NCBI GenBank assembly: GCA_965223845.1
Contig: CBDCXR010000004.1
Coordinates: 5,408,001 to 5,472,000, forward strand
DNA from: Planctomycetota bacterium
GTDB lineage: Bacteria; Planctomycetota; UBA8108; SXIK01
Reading direction: 5' to 3'
DNA: 64,000 bases
Both the position numbers and the translations under genes were made by a program. The notes beneath the pieces were generated by a model, which saw nothing but the letters and a program-made list of their open reading frames with translations, was not told the DNA's origin and ran no database searches. Positions 52,201 through 61,156 of this stretch are shown piece by piece; within the stretch, counting starts at the first letter, position 1; every line of letters begins with the position of its first letter.

Positions 52201-52999
52201 CGCGTGGGAGAGACTCCTCGCGCGCGGACAACCTGCGCTGCCCACCGAGCTCGCGATCGGGCATTGGCACTTCCGGGAATCGATCGACGCGTATCGAGAC
52301 GAACGCTGGCGCGATGCGGTTTGGCACCTCGACCGGTCGCTGCCGCCCATCGCCGGATCGGCGCGAGTACACGGGATGCTCGGCCGTGCCTACGGTGAGC
52401 TCGGCGACTGGAGCGCGGCGGCAAACCATTACGAAGAATCGATCGCCGAGGACTCGACGACGGCGAGATATCACTTTCGCTTGGCCGTCCTCTGTCTCGC
52501 CCTCGGCGACGACGATCGATACCGTGCGGTAAGCGAGCGGATGGCCGTGGTATTTGGGTCGAACGCGACGAGAGCCGATCGCCAGCTCACCGCAGCAACC
52601 GCCGTGCTCGGCCCGGGCGCCGTGACCGAGGTCGAACCATTCGCGCGACTCCTCAGGGAAAAGCACTTTTCCTTTCGGTTGACGACGACGCGGGCGCGCA
52701 TTTTGGGCGCGCTTCATCTGCGAGCCGGTAACCTCGAAGAGGCCCTCGCGGTTCTCTCCGGGCTCCGCTTCAATCCGCGGCGCGAGATGACGTGGAAAGA
52801 CGCGATCTTCCTCGCCCTCGCCTTCCACGCAAACGACAACGCGGCAGCGGCCGAGAAATGGCTTCGCCGCGGAATCGAAGAAGTCGAACAGATCAAGATG
52901 CAGCACTTTTTCGACCGACTGGAGCGGCGAGTGTTGCTTCTCGAAGCGAAGGAACAGATCCTCGGCACCGGGGAGAACCCGAGTGCGTCCGTTCGGTGA
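49220..52999 (+). CDS. Hanks-type Ser/Thr protein kinase with zinc ribbon, TM helix, WD40 repeats and TPR
   Basis: CPHC/CSDC; LGRGAFG, VAIK, HRDVKPGN, DFG, GTPAFMSPE, DVYSLG; TM VVAGLLASVAFLIVAV; WD repeats (TASEDGTTRLWD); TPR-like C-terminus. Confidence 0.93.
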   Translation: MTKSSSESPRPPNDALEAEVVEIAERFLDGLESAERPDREALVAARPDLAPWLEERLVAIELVHDFASESRTGAPSGRIRCPHCGRVSAATRPATRSDGSEGGRSTCSDCGRTFRVDRATLKTDADDLPERIGRFDVVAFLGRGAFGNVYKAIDPDLGRRVAIKIPRAGYFTADEEARFLREARSAAKLRHPGIVAAHEIGDARGVPFLVSDYVEGVSLEERTPGPETPAEAARIARAIAEALHYAHESGIVHRDVKPGNVIVDGAGDPHLTDFGLARHDEGEVTVTIDGQLLGTPAFMSPEQARGTVDAIDRRSDVYSLGVVLYELLTGERPFRGSRSVVLSQVLSDEPRPPRALNDRIPIDLETICLKAMAKEPNRRYATANALAEDLGRFLCGEPISARPVGRLEKTWRWARRQPVVAGLLASVAFLIVAVAAVSLVAAVWLSRAVDESGRRLVHAHIQNGSLRLDRGDAGSALPWFVEALRFDEGKIDREEVHRTRIGAAFRYHPRLLRVWFDDEPARVVAFGPGGEIALSYSGTTVKLLDVEGGAIAKSWQHSAAVVDAVLDPLAARWTVVACADRSLHIRDLSEPSSDARVEMEHVPSRLAVHPRGELVVSADAGGHAIVWDPERSREIRRFAHRGAVSDLAISPDGKLLATAGRKSGVSVWELSTGRSLGEFLRDDDGSIVRWAHDSKTLFSCFGRRMITWDTAKLEALAEWIIGADIRDAAWCPNDLTVAIAATDGWARYWLPLRQWGTLGDAKSSALTSVEFDPAGLRLVTGRRDGRAELWTAGALTIAASPLHHSGAVTSTTFHPGGYLVLTASEDGTTRLWDLTPGPRVTGLDVRGDPEPISDEDETRRLRVDRDSVRVHATASGVPLAPPMRHPREVELAAFGDGKTRIVSATRRNVRIWEAATADPITPWLRHDRPLASVRLAEDGARLVTRDDIGIEREFEFAPEARSVGELAVAAKILAASEIDSAGGFVRLSPEATRRAWERLLARGQPALPTELAIGHWHFRESIDAYRDERWRDAVWHLDRSLPPIAGSARVHGMLGRAYGELGDWSAAANHYEESIAEDSTTARYHFRLAVLCLALGDDDRYRAVSERMAVVFGSNATRADRQLTAATAVLGPGAVTEVEPFARLLREKHFSFRLTTTRARILGALHLRAGNLEEALAVLSGLRFNPRREMTWKDAIFLALAFHANDNAAAAEKWLRRGIEEVEQIKMQHFFDRLERRVLLLEAKEQILGTGENPSASVR

Positions 53000-53128
53000 A
53001 TCAATCAACGGGCGAACTCGTCGCTCTTCGATCGCTGGATCGAGTCCCTTCGTGATACGATCCTCTCCCGGCCGACACCCGCCGCCGTTACGAACAAGCC
53101 GCGCCCCGATACGACGAGAGGTCTCGGA

Positions 53129-54400
53129 GTGGACATCGCGAGCGGAACGACTCTCATTCACAACGGAAAGCTCGTCGACGGCACCGGCAGCGCTCCTTTG
53201 CCGGATGCCGCGGTGGTCTTTACGGATGGGCTCATCGATTACGCCGGACCGCTCGCGGCCGCGCCTTCTCTTCCGGCCGCTGCGACGCGTATCGACGCCG
53301 GAGGGGGAACGATCCTTCCCGGGCTCGTCGAGGCGCATTTTCACCCGACGTATTTCAACGTCGCGGCGCTCGAGGATCTCGATATCCGCTACCCCGTCGA
53401 ATACGTGACGCTGCTCGCCGCTGCAAACGCGAAGCTCGCGCTCGAATGCGGGTACACAGCGGCGCGAAGCGGTGGAAGTCTCTTCAACATCGACGTCTGG
53501 CTGAAGAAAGCCATCGAAGAGGACCTCACGCTCGGCCCTCGCCTCGCGGCGAGCGGCCGCGAGATCTGCGGGGTCGGCGGTCTCATGGATTGGAATCCCG
53601 ATTTTCGCAAGATCGGAATGGAGGGACTCGTTCTTCTCGTGAGCGGTCCCGACGAGGCGCGCTCCGCCGTTCGCAAGCTCGTCAAGGACGGAGTCGAATG
53701 GGTCAAAACCTATCCGACCGGCGATGCAGCGGCCCCGGATGTCAACGATCACCACACTCTCTGCATGACCTTCGAAGAGATGCATGCTGTCGTTGAGACT
53801 GCACACAACCACAACATGAAGGTCACCGGCCACTGCCGCGCGACCGAAGGAATCAAGAACGCGCTCCGGGCGGGTTACGACACTCTCGAACACGGCACGT
53901 TCATCGACGACGAAGCGCTCGAAATGATCCTCGCGCGCGATGTTCCCGTCGTGCCGGCGCTTCAATTCGAGAAGGCGAGCATCGAGCGCGGCCCGGAAAT
54001 CGGGATGCCCCAGGCGGTGATCGACGGTCACCAGGAGACGCTCGACGGCGGCGCGGAGAGTGCTCGGCGCCTCCACGAGGCCGGGGGAACACTCGGGATG
54101 GGCGGCGACTACGGATTCGCGTGGAACCCGCACGGCGACTACGCGAAGGAGCTCACGTTCTTCGTCGAGTTCGTCGGCTTCACTCCGCTCGACACCATCC
54201 GCTGCGCGACACTGAACGGGGCGAAGATCCTCGGGCGAAGCGACGAGATCGGCACGCTCGAAGCCGGAAAGCTCGCGGACATTCTCGTCGTCGACGGTGA
54301 CGTCGCGGCGGACATTTCAATCCTCGAGGATCGATCGAGGATCTCCGTTTTTCAGGGCGGGGTGCTCAAGGTCGACCGGTTGGCGCGCTCGGCTTCCTGA
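53129..54400 (+). CDS. Metal-dependent amidohydrolase (Xaa-Pro dipeptidase-like subgroup)
   Basis: TILPGLVEAHFH, WVK, GHC, EHG, GGD, GTLEAGKLADILVVDGD. Confidence 0.9.
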   Translation: MDIASGTTLIHNGKLVDGTGSAPLPDAAVVFTDGLIDYAGPLAAAPSLPAAATRIDAGGGTILPGLVEAHFHPTYFNVAALEDLDIRYPVEYVTLLAAANAKLALECGYTAARSGGSLFNIDVWLKKAIEEDLTLGPRLAASGREICGVGGLMDWNPDFRKIGMEGLVLLVSGPDEARSAVRKLVKDGVEWVKTYPTGDAAAPDVNDHHTLCMTFEEMHAVVETAHNHNMKVTGHCRATEGIKNALRAGYDTLEHGTFIDDEALEMILARDVPVVPALQFEKASIERGPEIGMPQAVIDGHQETLDGGAESARRLHEAGGTLGMGGDYGFAWNPHGDYAKELTFFVEFVGFTPLDTIRCATLNGAKILGRSDEIGTLEAGKLADILVVDGDVAADISILEDRSRISVFQGGVLKVDRLARSAS

Positions 54401-54430
54401 CTACGACGAGCTTCTAAGGGGAAGAGTTTC

Positions 54431-54712
54431 ACACGAAGGGCGCGAAGGTCCGCGAAGGAAGACGAAGGGGAGAAAGAGAGGGAGAATTGTTTTCGAGAGT
54501 GGCGATCTGAGTCACGAAACGTTCACCGTCGGAACTCGATCGATCGATGTCAGGACGTTCTCGTCTTGAGTCACATGCGGGCGATCCAACCATCACTCGC
54601 GAGGACGTGAACGCGCTCACCCGCCCTCCTAATCGCCTACTTTCTTATCTCTCCTACTCTCCTCCTCTCTCTTTCCTCCGTCTTCCTTCGCGGACCTTCG
54701 CGCCCTTCGTGT
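54431..54712. repeat. Inverted-repeat intergenic element (CGAAG-unit arms), copy 3
   Basis: Perfect 34-bp arms 54431-54464 and 54679-54712 (ACACGAAGGGCGCGAAGGTCCGCGAAGGAAGACG); purine/pyrimidine-skewed interior. Confidence 0.9.
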
Positions 54713-54771
54713 AAAATCTTCACCCTTGGCAGGACCCGCCGCAAAGAAGTCAAGAACGCGCATAGAATCCC

Positions 54772-57700
54772 ATGCCGCGAATCGCGCTCCTCGTCTTGTC
54801 TTCGCTCGGAGCGAGCACGAGCATCCACGCCGGCGTTCGATTGAGCGAGGTGATGTACCACCCACCGCTCGAGGCGCTCGAGTTCGTCGAGATCGCGAAC
54901 GACGGCGATCAAGTGGTCGAACTTTCGGGATGGCAGTTCATCGACGGAATCGTCTTCGAGTTCCCCGCGGGGAGCGAGATCGCCGGCGGTGAGCACATCG
55001 TCATTTGCCGCGACCCGGAAGCCTTCGGCGCGGTGTACGAAGTCACCGGCCAGCTCTTCGGCCCGTACGCCGGAGCGCTCGCGAACGGCGGCGAGCGCGT
55101 CGCACTCGCGGCGCCGGGAGACGAGGTCGCAGATGCGCTCATCTACGATGATCGCGCTCCGTTCGATCCACGCGCGGACGGCGCGGGACGTTCGCTCGAA
55201 CGAGTGTGCCTAGCGCAGGACGCGGCGGTCGTAGGGAATTGGCGAGCGTCGCTCGTCGATGGCGGAACTCCATTCGCCGCTGGGGAAAGCGTCTGTCCTC
55301 CGCCGCTTCCCGAATCGGGAAGCCCTGTCGTCGTCACCGAAATCCACTACCACCCCTCCGGCGAAGCCGATCCCGCGGGTGAGTTTCTCGAGCTCTACAA
55401 TCGTGACGTCGCCGCCGTCGATCTCGCCGGATGGCGTCTATCGGGTGCCGTCGAGTACCGCTTCACGCCCGGCGATGCGCCGACGTCGATCGCGCCCGGA
55501 GAGTTTCTCCTCGTCGCCCGACATCCGGGCGAGCTCGCCGCTGCGACTGGGATCGACGCACTGGCGATCGCTGGACCGTACGAAGGAGTGCTCTCGAACT
55601 ATCGCGATGACGTCGAGCTTCGCGATGCGGACGATCGCGTCGTCGATTTCATCGAGTATCGACAAGACGGCGTTTGGCCGGCACTCGCCGACGGACTTGG
55701 AGCGAGCCTTCAGCGTGTCGACGCCGATGTCTCCGGATCACTGCCGCAGAACTGGGCGGTTTCGCACGACTGCAGACGCGAAGAGACCTGCGTGCTCGTC
55801 GAGAACGGCACGATCGTAAGCTGGTTCGAGAACCTCGACGGTTCCGATCCTGGTTTCATCGGCGACTCCGCCTGGTACGCGACGGACTTCGATGCCGATC
55901 TAAACGGCTGGAATCGCGGTCCCTTCGCGGTCGGGTACGACACCCGGGATCCCGACGGTCAACCGTGGATCCTCACGAGCTCGACCGCCGAGGCGGGTCT
56001 CCACTCGATCCTCCTCCGCATCGAATTCGATTACGACCCCGCTGTCGATTGCGGCGCCCAGATCCCCGTTCTCGCCGCCGATTGGGACGACGGCTTCATC
56101 GCGTGGTTGAACGGTGACGAGATCGCGCGGCGCGGAATGCTCGACTCGCCCGGAACCGAGCCGGAGTTCGACGGCGAGTACCGCGCCGAGGTCGTCACCG
56201 CGCAAGGGTTTCGCGAATCGGAGCCGGTCTATCAAGTCGTTTGGTCGGGCACGGCGGCCGATCTTCGCGCGGGACGAAACGTGATCGCGATCGGAAACTA
56301 CAACTCTCGCCCAACGAGCTCCGACCTCTATTTGAGCGCGCGACTGAATCTCGGCTCGGCCCGAACGGATGATGCGGCTACGCCCGGTGCACCGAGCTCG
56401 CTCGGATTCTCCACCGTCCCGCCTCTCGTCGCATCGGCCGATCACGATCCCGCCGAGCCGACATCCGCCGACGCGGTACGGATACTCAGCCGCATCGAAG
56501 GTCCGGACGTCGACAGCGTCGAGGTCATCACCGACGCGGGCGACGGAACGGAGGTCGTCGCGATGCGGGACGATGGCGCCGGCCCCGACGACGTCGCCGG
56601 CGACGGAATCTACAGCGCGCTTCTTCCTCCGCGCCCCGACCAGACCCTCGTTCGCTATCGCATCGAGGCCCGAGCCGGGCGGTCCGAATGTCCCGCGTCG
56701 TTTCCGCCGCAGGGAAACCCCTCGCCGTTCACTGGTTATCTCGTCGCCGACGACCGTCCCGCCACCGCCGGCGAAGTGCATCTCTTCCACATCTCTACGC
56801 CGGGAGCGCTCCGCGATCTTTCGTGCGCCGATGGCGCGTGGACGGGAGGAACTCTCGTCGACCATCGCGGCCGCGCGCACTTCGACGTCGGCGTCAAGTT
56901 CCGCGGAGCCACGGCGTGCAATTATCCGAAGAAACCGCTCCGCGTGCGCTTCAACAAGGGAGATCTCCTCGACGGCAAGTCGCGCCTCAATTTCAACGCG
57001 GGCTGGAACGACAAGGGGATGCTCCGCGAGAAGCTGACCTACGACTTCTTTCGCGACGCGGGTGTGCCGTACTCCGAGACGCACATGGCGCGCGTCCACA
57101 CGAACGGCGGTGCGTTTCACGGTGTCTTCTTCACGATCGAGGATCCTTCGACCGAATACCTGCGACGGAACGACTGGGACGACGACGCGCCTCTCTACAA
57201 GTGTTTCACCGCGATGCTGAACGGCTCGACCGCCGGCTACGAACCGCGCACTCGTTCGGCCGAGGAGCGAATCACCGAGATCGGCGCGTTCGCCTCCGAG
57301 CTGAACTCTACGAGCGGGGCAGCGCTCATCGAGTTTCTCGGCGAACGCCTTCACGTCGAAGCGATGATCGACTACCAAGTCGTCCAGGCGGTGGTCATCG
57401 ATCTCGATTCCGTGACGAAGAACTGGCTCCTCTATCTCGGCCCGCACGGGCGCGGCAAGACGGGGCCGGATCGAGTAGCGGTGTTCGCCTGGGATCTCGA
57501 TCTCACATGGGGACAACGCCGTCTAACGACGGACGTTCGCAGCCACATCGAGCACCCGCTCCTCCATACGCAGACGTACCCTTTCACCGACCAAGGGCAT
57601 CACGGCATCGTCAACGCGCTCCTTCAGCGTGCGCCGGACGACTACTTCGTAAGGGCCCACTACGGGAGGATGTGGAATCTCCTCCAGGAGAAGTTCCACC

Positions 57701-59256
57701 CCGACGTTCTCCTCCCGAAGATCGATCGCTACGGCATCGCGACGCTTCCTCACGTCGAAGACGATTCGGAGAAGTGGCCGCGCACTTGGGGCGCGCGCGG
57801 AGATGATCCCGAGTTTTGGCGGGAAGATCTCCGCGCCTGGGCCGTCCGGCGGTTCGAGTACCTCACGGAGTTTCTCACATCGGATCGACCGACCACGCAG
57901 GGTCGTCGATTCCGTTACGCTCCGGCGCCTCGAATCAAGTTCTCCGAGATTCACTACAACCCCGAAGGAAACTCGGAAGAGCTGGAATTCGTCGAGCTGC
58001 GGAGTCTCGAAGCGAGTGCGATCGACATCTCCGGCTGGACCATTCCGGCGATCGAGTTCACGTTTCCCGCGGGAAGCGAAATCGCGGCCGAGGGATTCGT
58101 CATCGTGGCTCGGAATCCGGCCGCTCTCCGCTCGGCAGTCGCGGTAGCGGACGATCTTCCCGTCTTCGGGCCCTACGCCGGAAACCTCCGAAACGGAGGC
58201 GAGGAGCTGCGCCTTCGCGACGGTGGCGACGCGCGCGAGCGGCCCGATTTCCCCGAAACGATCGACGTCGTCCGCTACGACGACGCAGCGCCGTGGCCGG
58301 AAGCGGCCGACGGCGACGGATTCTCACTCGAGCTCGAGACACTCGAGCTCGACAACGATCTCGCGACGAGCTGGCGATCGTCACGGGAACGCGGCGGGTC
58401 ACCCGGCTCGCTCGAGCGGACGTCCGCCGCGCCGGAAATCGTTCTCACGGTCGATCCCGTGACCGGCGTCGCACCACTCCGAGTGGCCTTCGACGCCTCG
58501 CAGTCGCGCGATCCGTCGGGCGGCGAGCTCACTTTCGCCTGGGACTTCGGAGACGGTATCGCGGGGGCTGGCGCGGCTGTCTCGCGCACTTATCGAAATC
58601 CGGGAACGTACCGAGGCTCGGTGACCGCCACCGGCGCAGCGGGTAACGCGACGCGCGAGTTTGAAGTCGTCGTCCTCAGCGATGAAGCGCCGGTGATCTC
58701 CCTCCGCGTCGTTCCACTCTCCGGACCGGCGCCGCTCGAGGTGCGAGGCGACGCTGCCGGCTCGGTGTCCCCTCGCGGGCGCGAGCTCTCGTTTGCTTGG
58801 GACTTCGGCGACGGAATCGTCGGGGCGGGTGCCGACGTCGCCCACACGTACCGTGAGCCCGGTCGGTACACAGGACGCCTGACCGCGAGCGACGGCGAGC
58901 TCGAAAGCACGAAATCATTCGAGGTTGTCGTTGAATCGGGCATCGTTCTCTTCCATCGTGGGGACGCGAACGAGGATGGGGGCGTCAATCTCGCCGACGG
59001 GGTCTACGTGCTCAACTTTCTCTTCGGCGACGGCCCCGAACCGGCGTGTCGAGAGGCGGCGAACGCAAACGACGATCGATCGCTCGATGTCGCCGATCCC
59101 ATTTTTCTCTTCAACTTTCTCTTCGGCGACGGCGATCCGATTCCGTCGCCCGGTCCGGCCTCGCTCCCGTGTGGCAGCGATCCGCCGGAATCTCCAGCAA
59201 ACCTCGGGTGTGAGGTCTACGAAGGTTGCAGGAACCCTGACGCGGAAGCGCGATGA
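54772..59256 (+). CDS. Secreted CotH kinase: LTD x2, beta-sandwich, choice-of-anchor-X-like, CotH, LTD, PKD x2, dockerin-like
   Basis: Signal peptide; SEVMYHP/TEIHYHP LTDs; DDGFIAWLNG; MRDDGAGPDDVAGDGIYSA; KFRG, KKPLR, LREKL, TIE, DLDSVTKN, AWDLD; WDFGDG x2; FHRGDANEDG. Confidence 0.9.
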   Translation: MPRIALLVLSSLGASTSIHAGVRLSEVMYHPPLEALEFVEIANDGDQVVELSGWQFIDGIVFEFPAGSEIAGGEHIVICRDPEAFGAVYEVTGQLFGPYAGALANGGERVALAAPGDEVADALIYDDRAPFDPRADGAGRSLERVCLAQDAAVVGNWRASLVDGGTPFAAGESVCPPPLPESGSPVVVTEIHYHPSGEADPAGEFLELYNRDVAAVDLAGWRLSGAVEYRFTPGDAPTSIAPGEFLLVARHPGELAAATGIDALAIAGPYEGVLSNYRDDVELRDADDRVVDFIEYRQDGVWPALADGLGASLQRVDADVSGSLPQNWAVSHDCRREETCVLVENGTIVSWFENLDGSDPGFIGDSAWYATDFDADLNGWNRGPFAVGYDTRDPDGQPWILTSSTAEAGLHSILLRIEFDYDPAVDCGAQIPVLAADWDDGFIAWLNGDEIARRGMLDSPGTEPEFDGEYRAEVVTAQGFRESEPVYQVVWSGTAADLRAGRNVIAIGNYNSRPTSSDLYLSARLNLGSARTDDAATPGAPSSLGFSTVPPLVASADHDPAEPTSADAVRILSRIEGPDVDSVEVITDAGDGTEVVAMRDDGAGPDDVAGDGIYSALLPPRPDQTLVRYRIEARAGRSECPASFPPQGNPSPFTGYLVADDRPATAGEVHLFHISTPGALRDLSCADGAWTGGTLVDHRGRAHFDVGVKFRGATACNYPKKPLRVRFNKGDLLDGKSRLNFNAGWNDKGMLREKLTYDFFRDAGVPYSETHMARVHTNGGAFHGVFFTIEDPSTEYLRRNDWDDDAPLYKCFTAMLNGSTAGYEPRTRSAEERITEIGAFASELNSTSGAALIEFLGERLHVEAMIDYQVVQAVVIDLDSVTKNWLLYLGPHGRGKTGPDRVAVFAWDLDLTWGQRRLTTDVRSHIEHPLLHTQTYPFTDQGHHGIVNALLQRAPDDYFVRAHYGRMWNLLQEKFHPDVLLPKIDRYGIATLPHVEDDSEKWPRTWGARGDDPEFWREDLRAWAVRRFEYLTEFLTSDRPTTQGRRFRYAPAPRIKFSEIHYNPEGNSEELEFVELRSLEASAIDISGWTIPAIEFTFPAGSEIAAEGFVIVARNPAALRSAVAVADDLPVFGPYAGNLRNGGEELRLRDGGDARERPDFPETIDVVRYDDAAPWPEAADGDGFSLELETLELDNDLATSWRSSRERGGSPGSLERTSAAPEIVLTVDPVTGVAPLRVAFDASQSRDPSGGELTFAWDFGDGIAGAGAAVSRTYRNPGTYRGSVTATGAAGNATREFEVVVLSDEAPVISLRVVPLSGPAPLEVRGDAAGSVSPRGRELSFAWDFGDGIVGAGADVAHTYREPGRYTGRLTASDGELESTKSFEVVVESGIVLFHRGDANEDGGVNLADGVYVLNFLFGDGPEPACREAANANDDRSLDVADPIFLFNFLFGDGDPIPSPGPASLPCGSDPPESPANLGCEVYEGCRNPDAEAR

Positions 59257-59350
59257 ATCGGACGCACGATGGGTGAGTGTACCCACGTCCGGTCTGACGA
59301 AAACTCGCGTGCGTGCAGGGAGCGAGCCAAACGAAGGAGGTAGGGTCCCC

Positions 59351-61042
59351 ATGCGAGCGGCATCTCGATCGGTATTGGCAGTATTGATTCTGGGTCTCCC
59401 GACGGCGGTACATGCGCAGGTATTCGCACCCAATCCCGCCTTGACGTTCTCCGCCGAGCTCACCATCGCCGAGGTCGGCGAGCTCGCCGCGTTCAACGCC
59501 GACCCCGACGGCGGAACACCGGCAACGACGGGACGTACGAACCTCGCGCTCGCGGCAAACGGTGGAGTCGGGTTCGAGTCGAGCCGCATCGCAGCGAGCT
59601 ACGGGGACGACAAGCTCAACAACGGAGTCTACGGAGCCGGTCTCCCCGACATCGACGACGGGACGAGACCCTGGATCAACTCCGCCGTCGAAATCGACGG
59701 TTTCGCCGGCGTCGCGCTCAGCGCCGCGTCGACCGTCGGTGCCATTGGCTTCGGGAGCCGCTTCCCCTCCCGATCCGACGGTCTCTTTACGCTTCAAGTC
59801 ACGACCGATGACCTCACCGGTGTCGATCTCGAGGATCTCGCGGCAACGGGCGCGCTCGGCTGGTCGTCCGTGGGCAACGTCGAGTCGACGACTGGGGGCG
59901 AATTCGGCCGGCACGTCGTTCAGTTCACACCGGTCGACGATGTCACCGCGGTCCGCATCGTCGTTTCGCAGGGCGGCACGACCATCACCGAGATCGAGGC
60001 GTACGCCTCGGTCGACGTCGTCTTCCGCCCGCCCGAGCTCGGCCCTCAGGCCGATCCGACGGCGTACACCCAGGCCATCCTCGCCGACGGTCCGATCCAC
60101 TACTACCGCTTCGAAGAAACCGCCGCGCACCATTTCGCGCGCGACGAGATCGGCGATCAACACGGCCTCTACTCGGGCGGGAGCAGCTTCGGTGGAGCGA
60201 GCGCCACCGGCGTTCTCGGAAGCGCCGCGACGTTCAACGGGCTACCCGGCTCCTTCATCGATCTCGGGACCCCGTTTCACCCGGGGCCGACGATGTCCGT
60301 CGAGGCTTGGGTCAATCTCGACGAGGACTCCACCGTCGCGTTCGCGCCGATCGCGGCACGCTGGGACGGAAGCTTTGAGATCGACTTCAACGAGAGCTCG
60401 GGAAAGCTCAACTTCGTGACGCGGAACGAGGTCAATACATTCAGCCTCGCCGAGAGTGAGGCCCCGTTTACGAAGGGTGAATGGCATCACGTCGTGGGAG
60501 TCTTCGAGAACGGCATCACCACCGTCTATCTGAACGGAGTTCAGGGAACCTCCGTCGACGTCTCGGATACCGGACCGGCGCTTCAGGACGCGGGCGCGAC
60601 TCTCCTCATCGGCTCGACGCGCGACGGCAACGCGTTCAATTGGAAAGGCGTCATCGACGAAGTCGCGTTCTACGATTACGCCCTGAGCGAGGTTCAAGTC
60701 GCCGCGCACTTCGCCGCGGCGTCGGAGGATCTCGTCCCGCAAATCATCGGCGACTGCAACCAAGACGGCGATTTCAATGTCGGCGACATCGTCTGCGGCG
60801 TCGGGCTTCTCTTCCCGGGCTTTCTCCTCCTCGACGGCGGGGGGCTGCTCCCGCCGTGCGGTCTGAGCGAGCTCGGAAACGGCGCGATCCTCGACGTGAA
60901 CGGCGATCTCGCGCTCGATCTCGCCGATGTCGTCTACGCGGCGAATTACCTCTTCGGCGGTGGACCACCCCCGGTGCGAGGTGCAGGCTGCGTGGGGATT
61001 CCAGAAGACCTCGGTTGCCTGCAGAATCAAGGTTGTCAGTAG
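59351..61042 (+). CDS. Secreted protein: discoidin-like domain, LamG, dockerin-like
   Basis: AAGGAGG RBS plus ATG 59351; signal peptide (..VHA/Q); TNLAL...TEIEAY; YYRFEE, VEAWV, WHHVVG, IDEVAFY; QIIGDCNQDG. Confidence 0.85.
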   Translation: MRAASRSVLAVLILGLPTAVHAQVFAPNPALTFSAELTIAEVGELAAFNADPDGGTPATTGRTNLALAANGGVGFESSRIAASYGDDKLNNGVYGAGLPDIDDGTRPWINSAVEIDGFAGVALSAASTVGAIGFGSRFPSRSDGLFTLQVTTDDLTGVDLEDLAATGALGWSSVGNVESTTGGEFGRHVVQFTPVDDVTAVRIVVSQGGTTITEIEAYASVDVVFRPPELGPQADPTAYTQAILADGPIHYYRFEETAAHHFARDEIGDQHGLYSGGSSFGGASATGVLGSAATFNGLPGSFIDLGTPFHPGPTMSVEAWVNLDEDSTVAFAPIAARWDGSFEIDFNESSGKLNFVTRNEVNTFSLAESEAPFTKGEWHHVVGVFENGITTVYLNGVQGTSVDVSDTGPALQDAGATLLIGSTRDGNAFNWKGVIDEVAFYDYALSEVQVAAHFAAASEDLVPQIIGDCNQDGDFNVGDIVCGVGLLFPGFLLLDGGGLLPPCGLSELGNGAILDVNGDLALDLADVVYAANYLFGGGPPPVRGAGCVGIPEDLGCLQNQGCQ

Positions 61043-61156
61043 TCGTCCGCCGTCCCGCGGCGGATGGACTCGTGAATCGGCGATCGCCGATTCCGCGCGT
61101 CCGTCCGCCGCGGGACGGCGATCTGATGCGCCCCAACCCGCTCCCGGAGAAATCGT

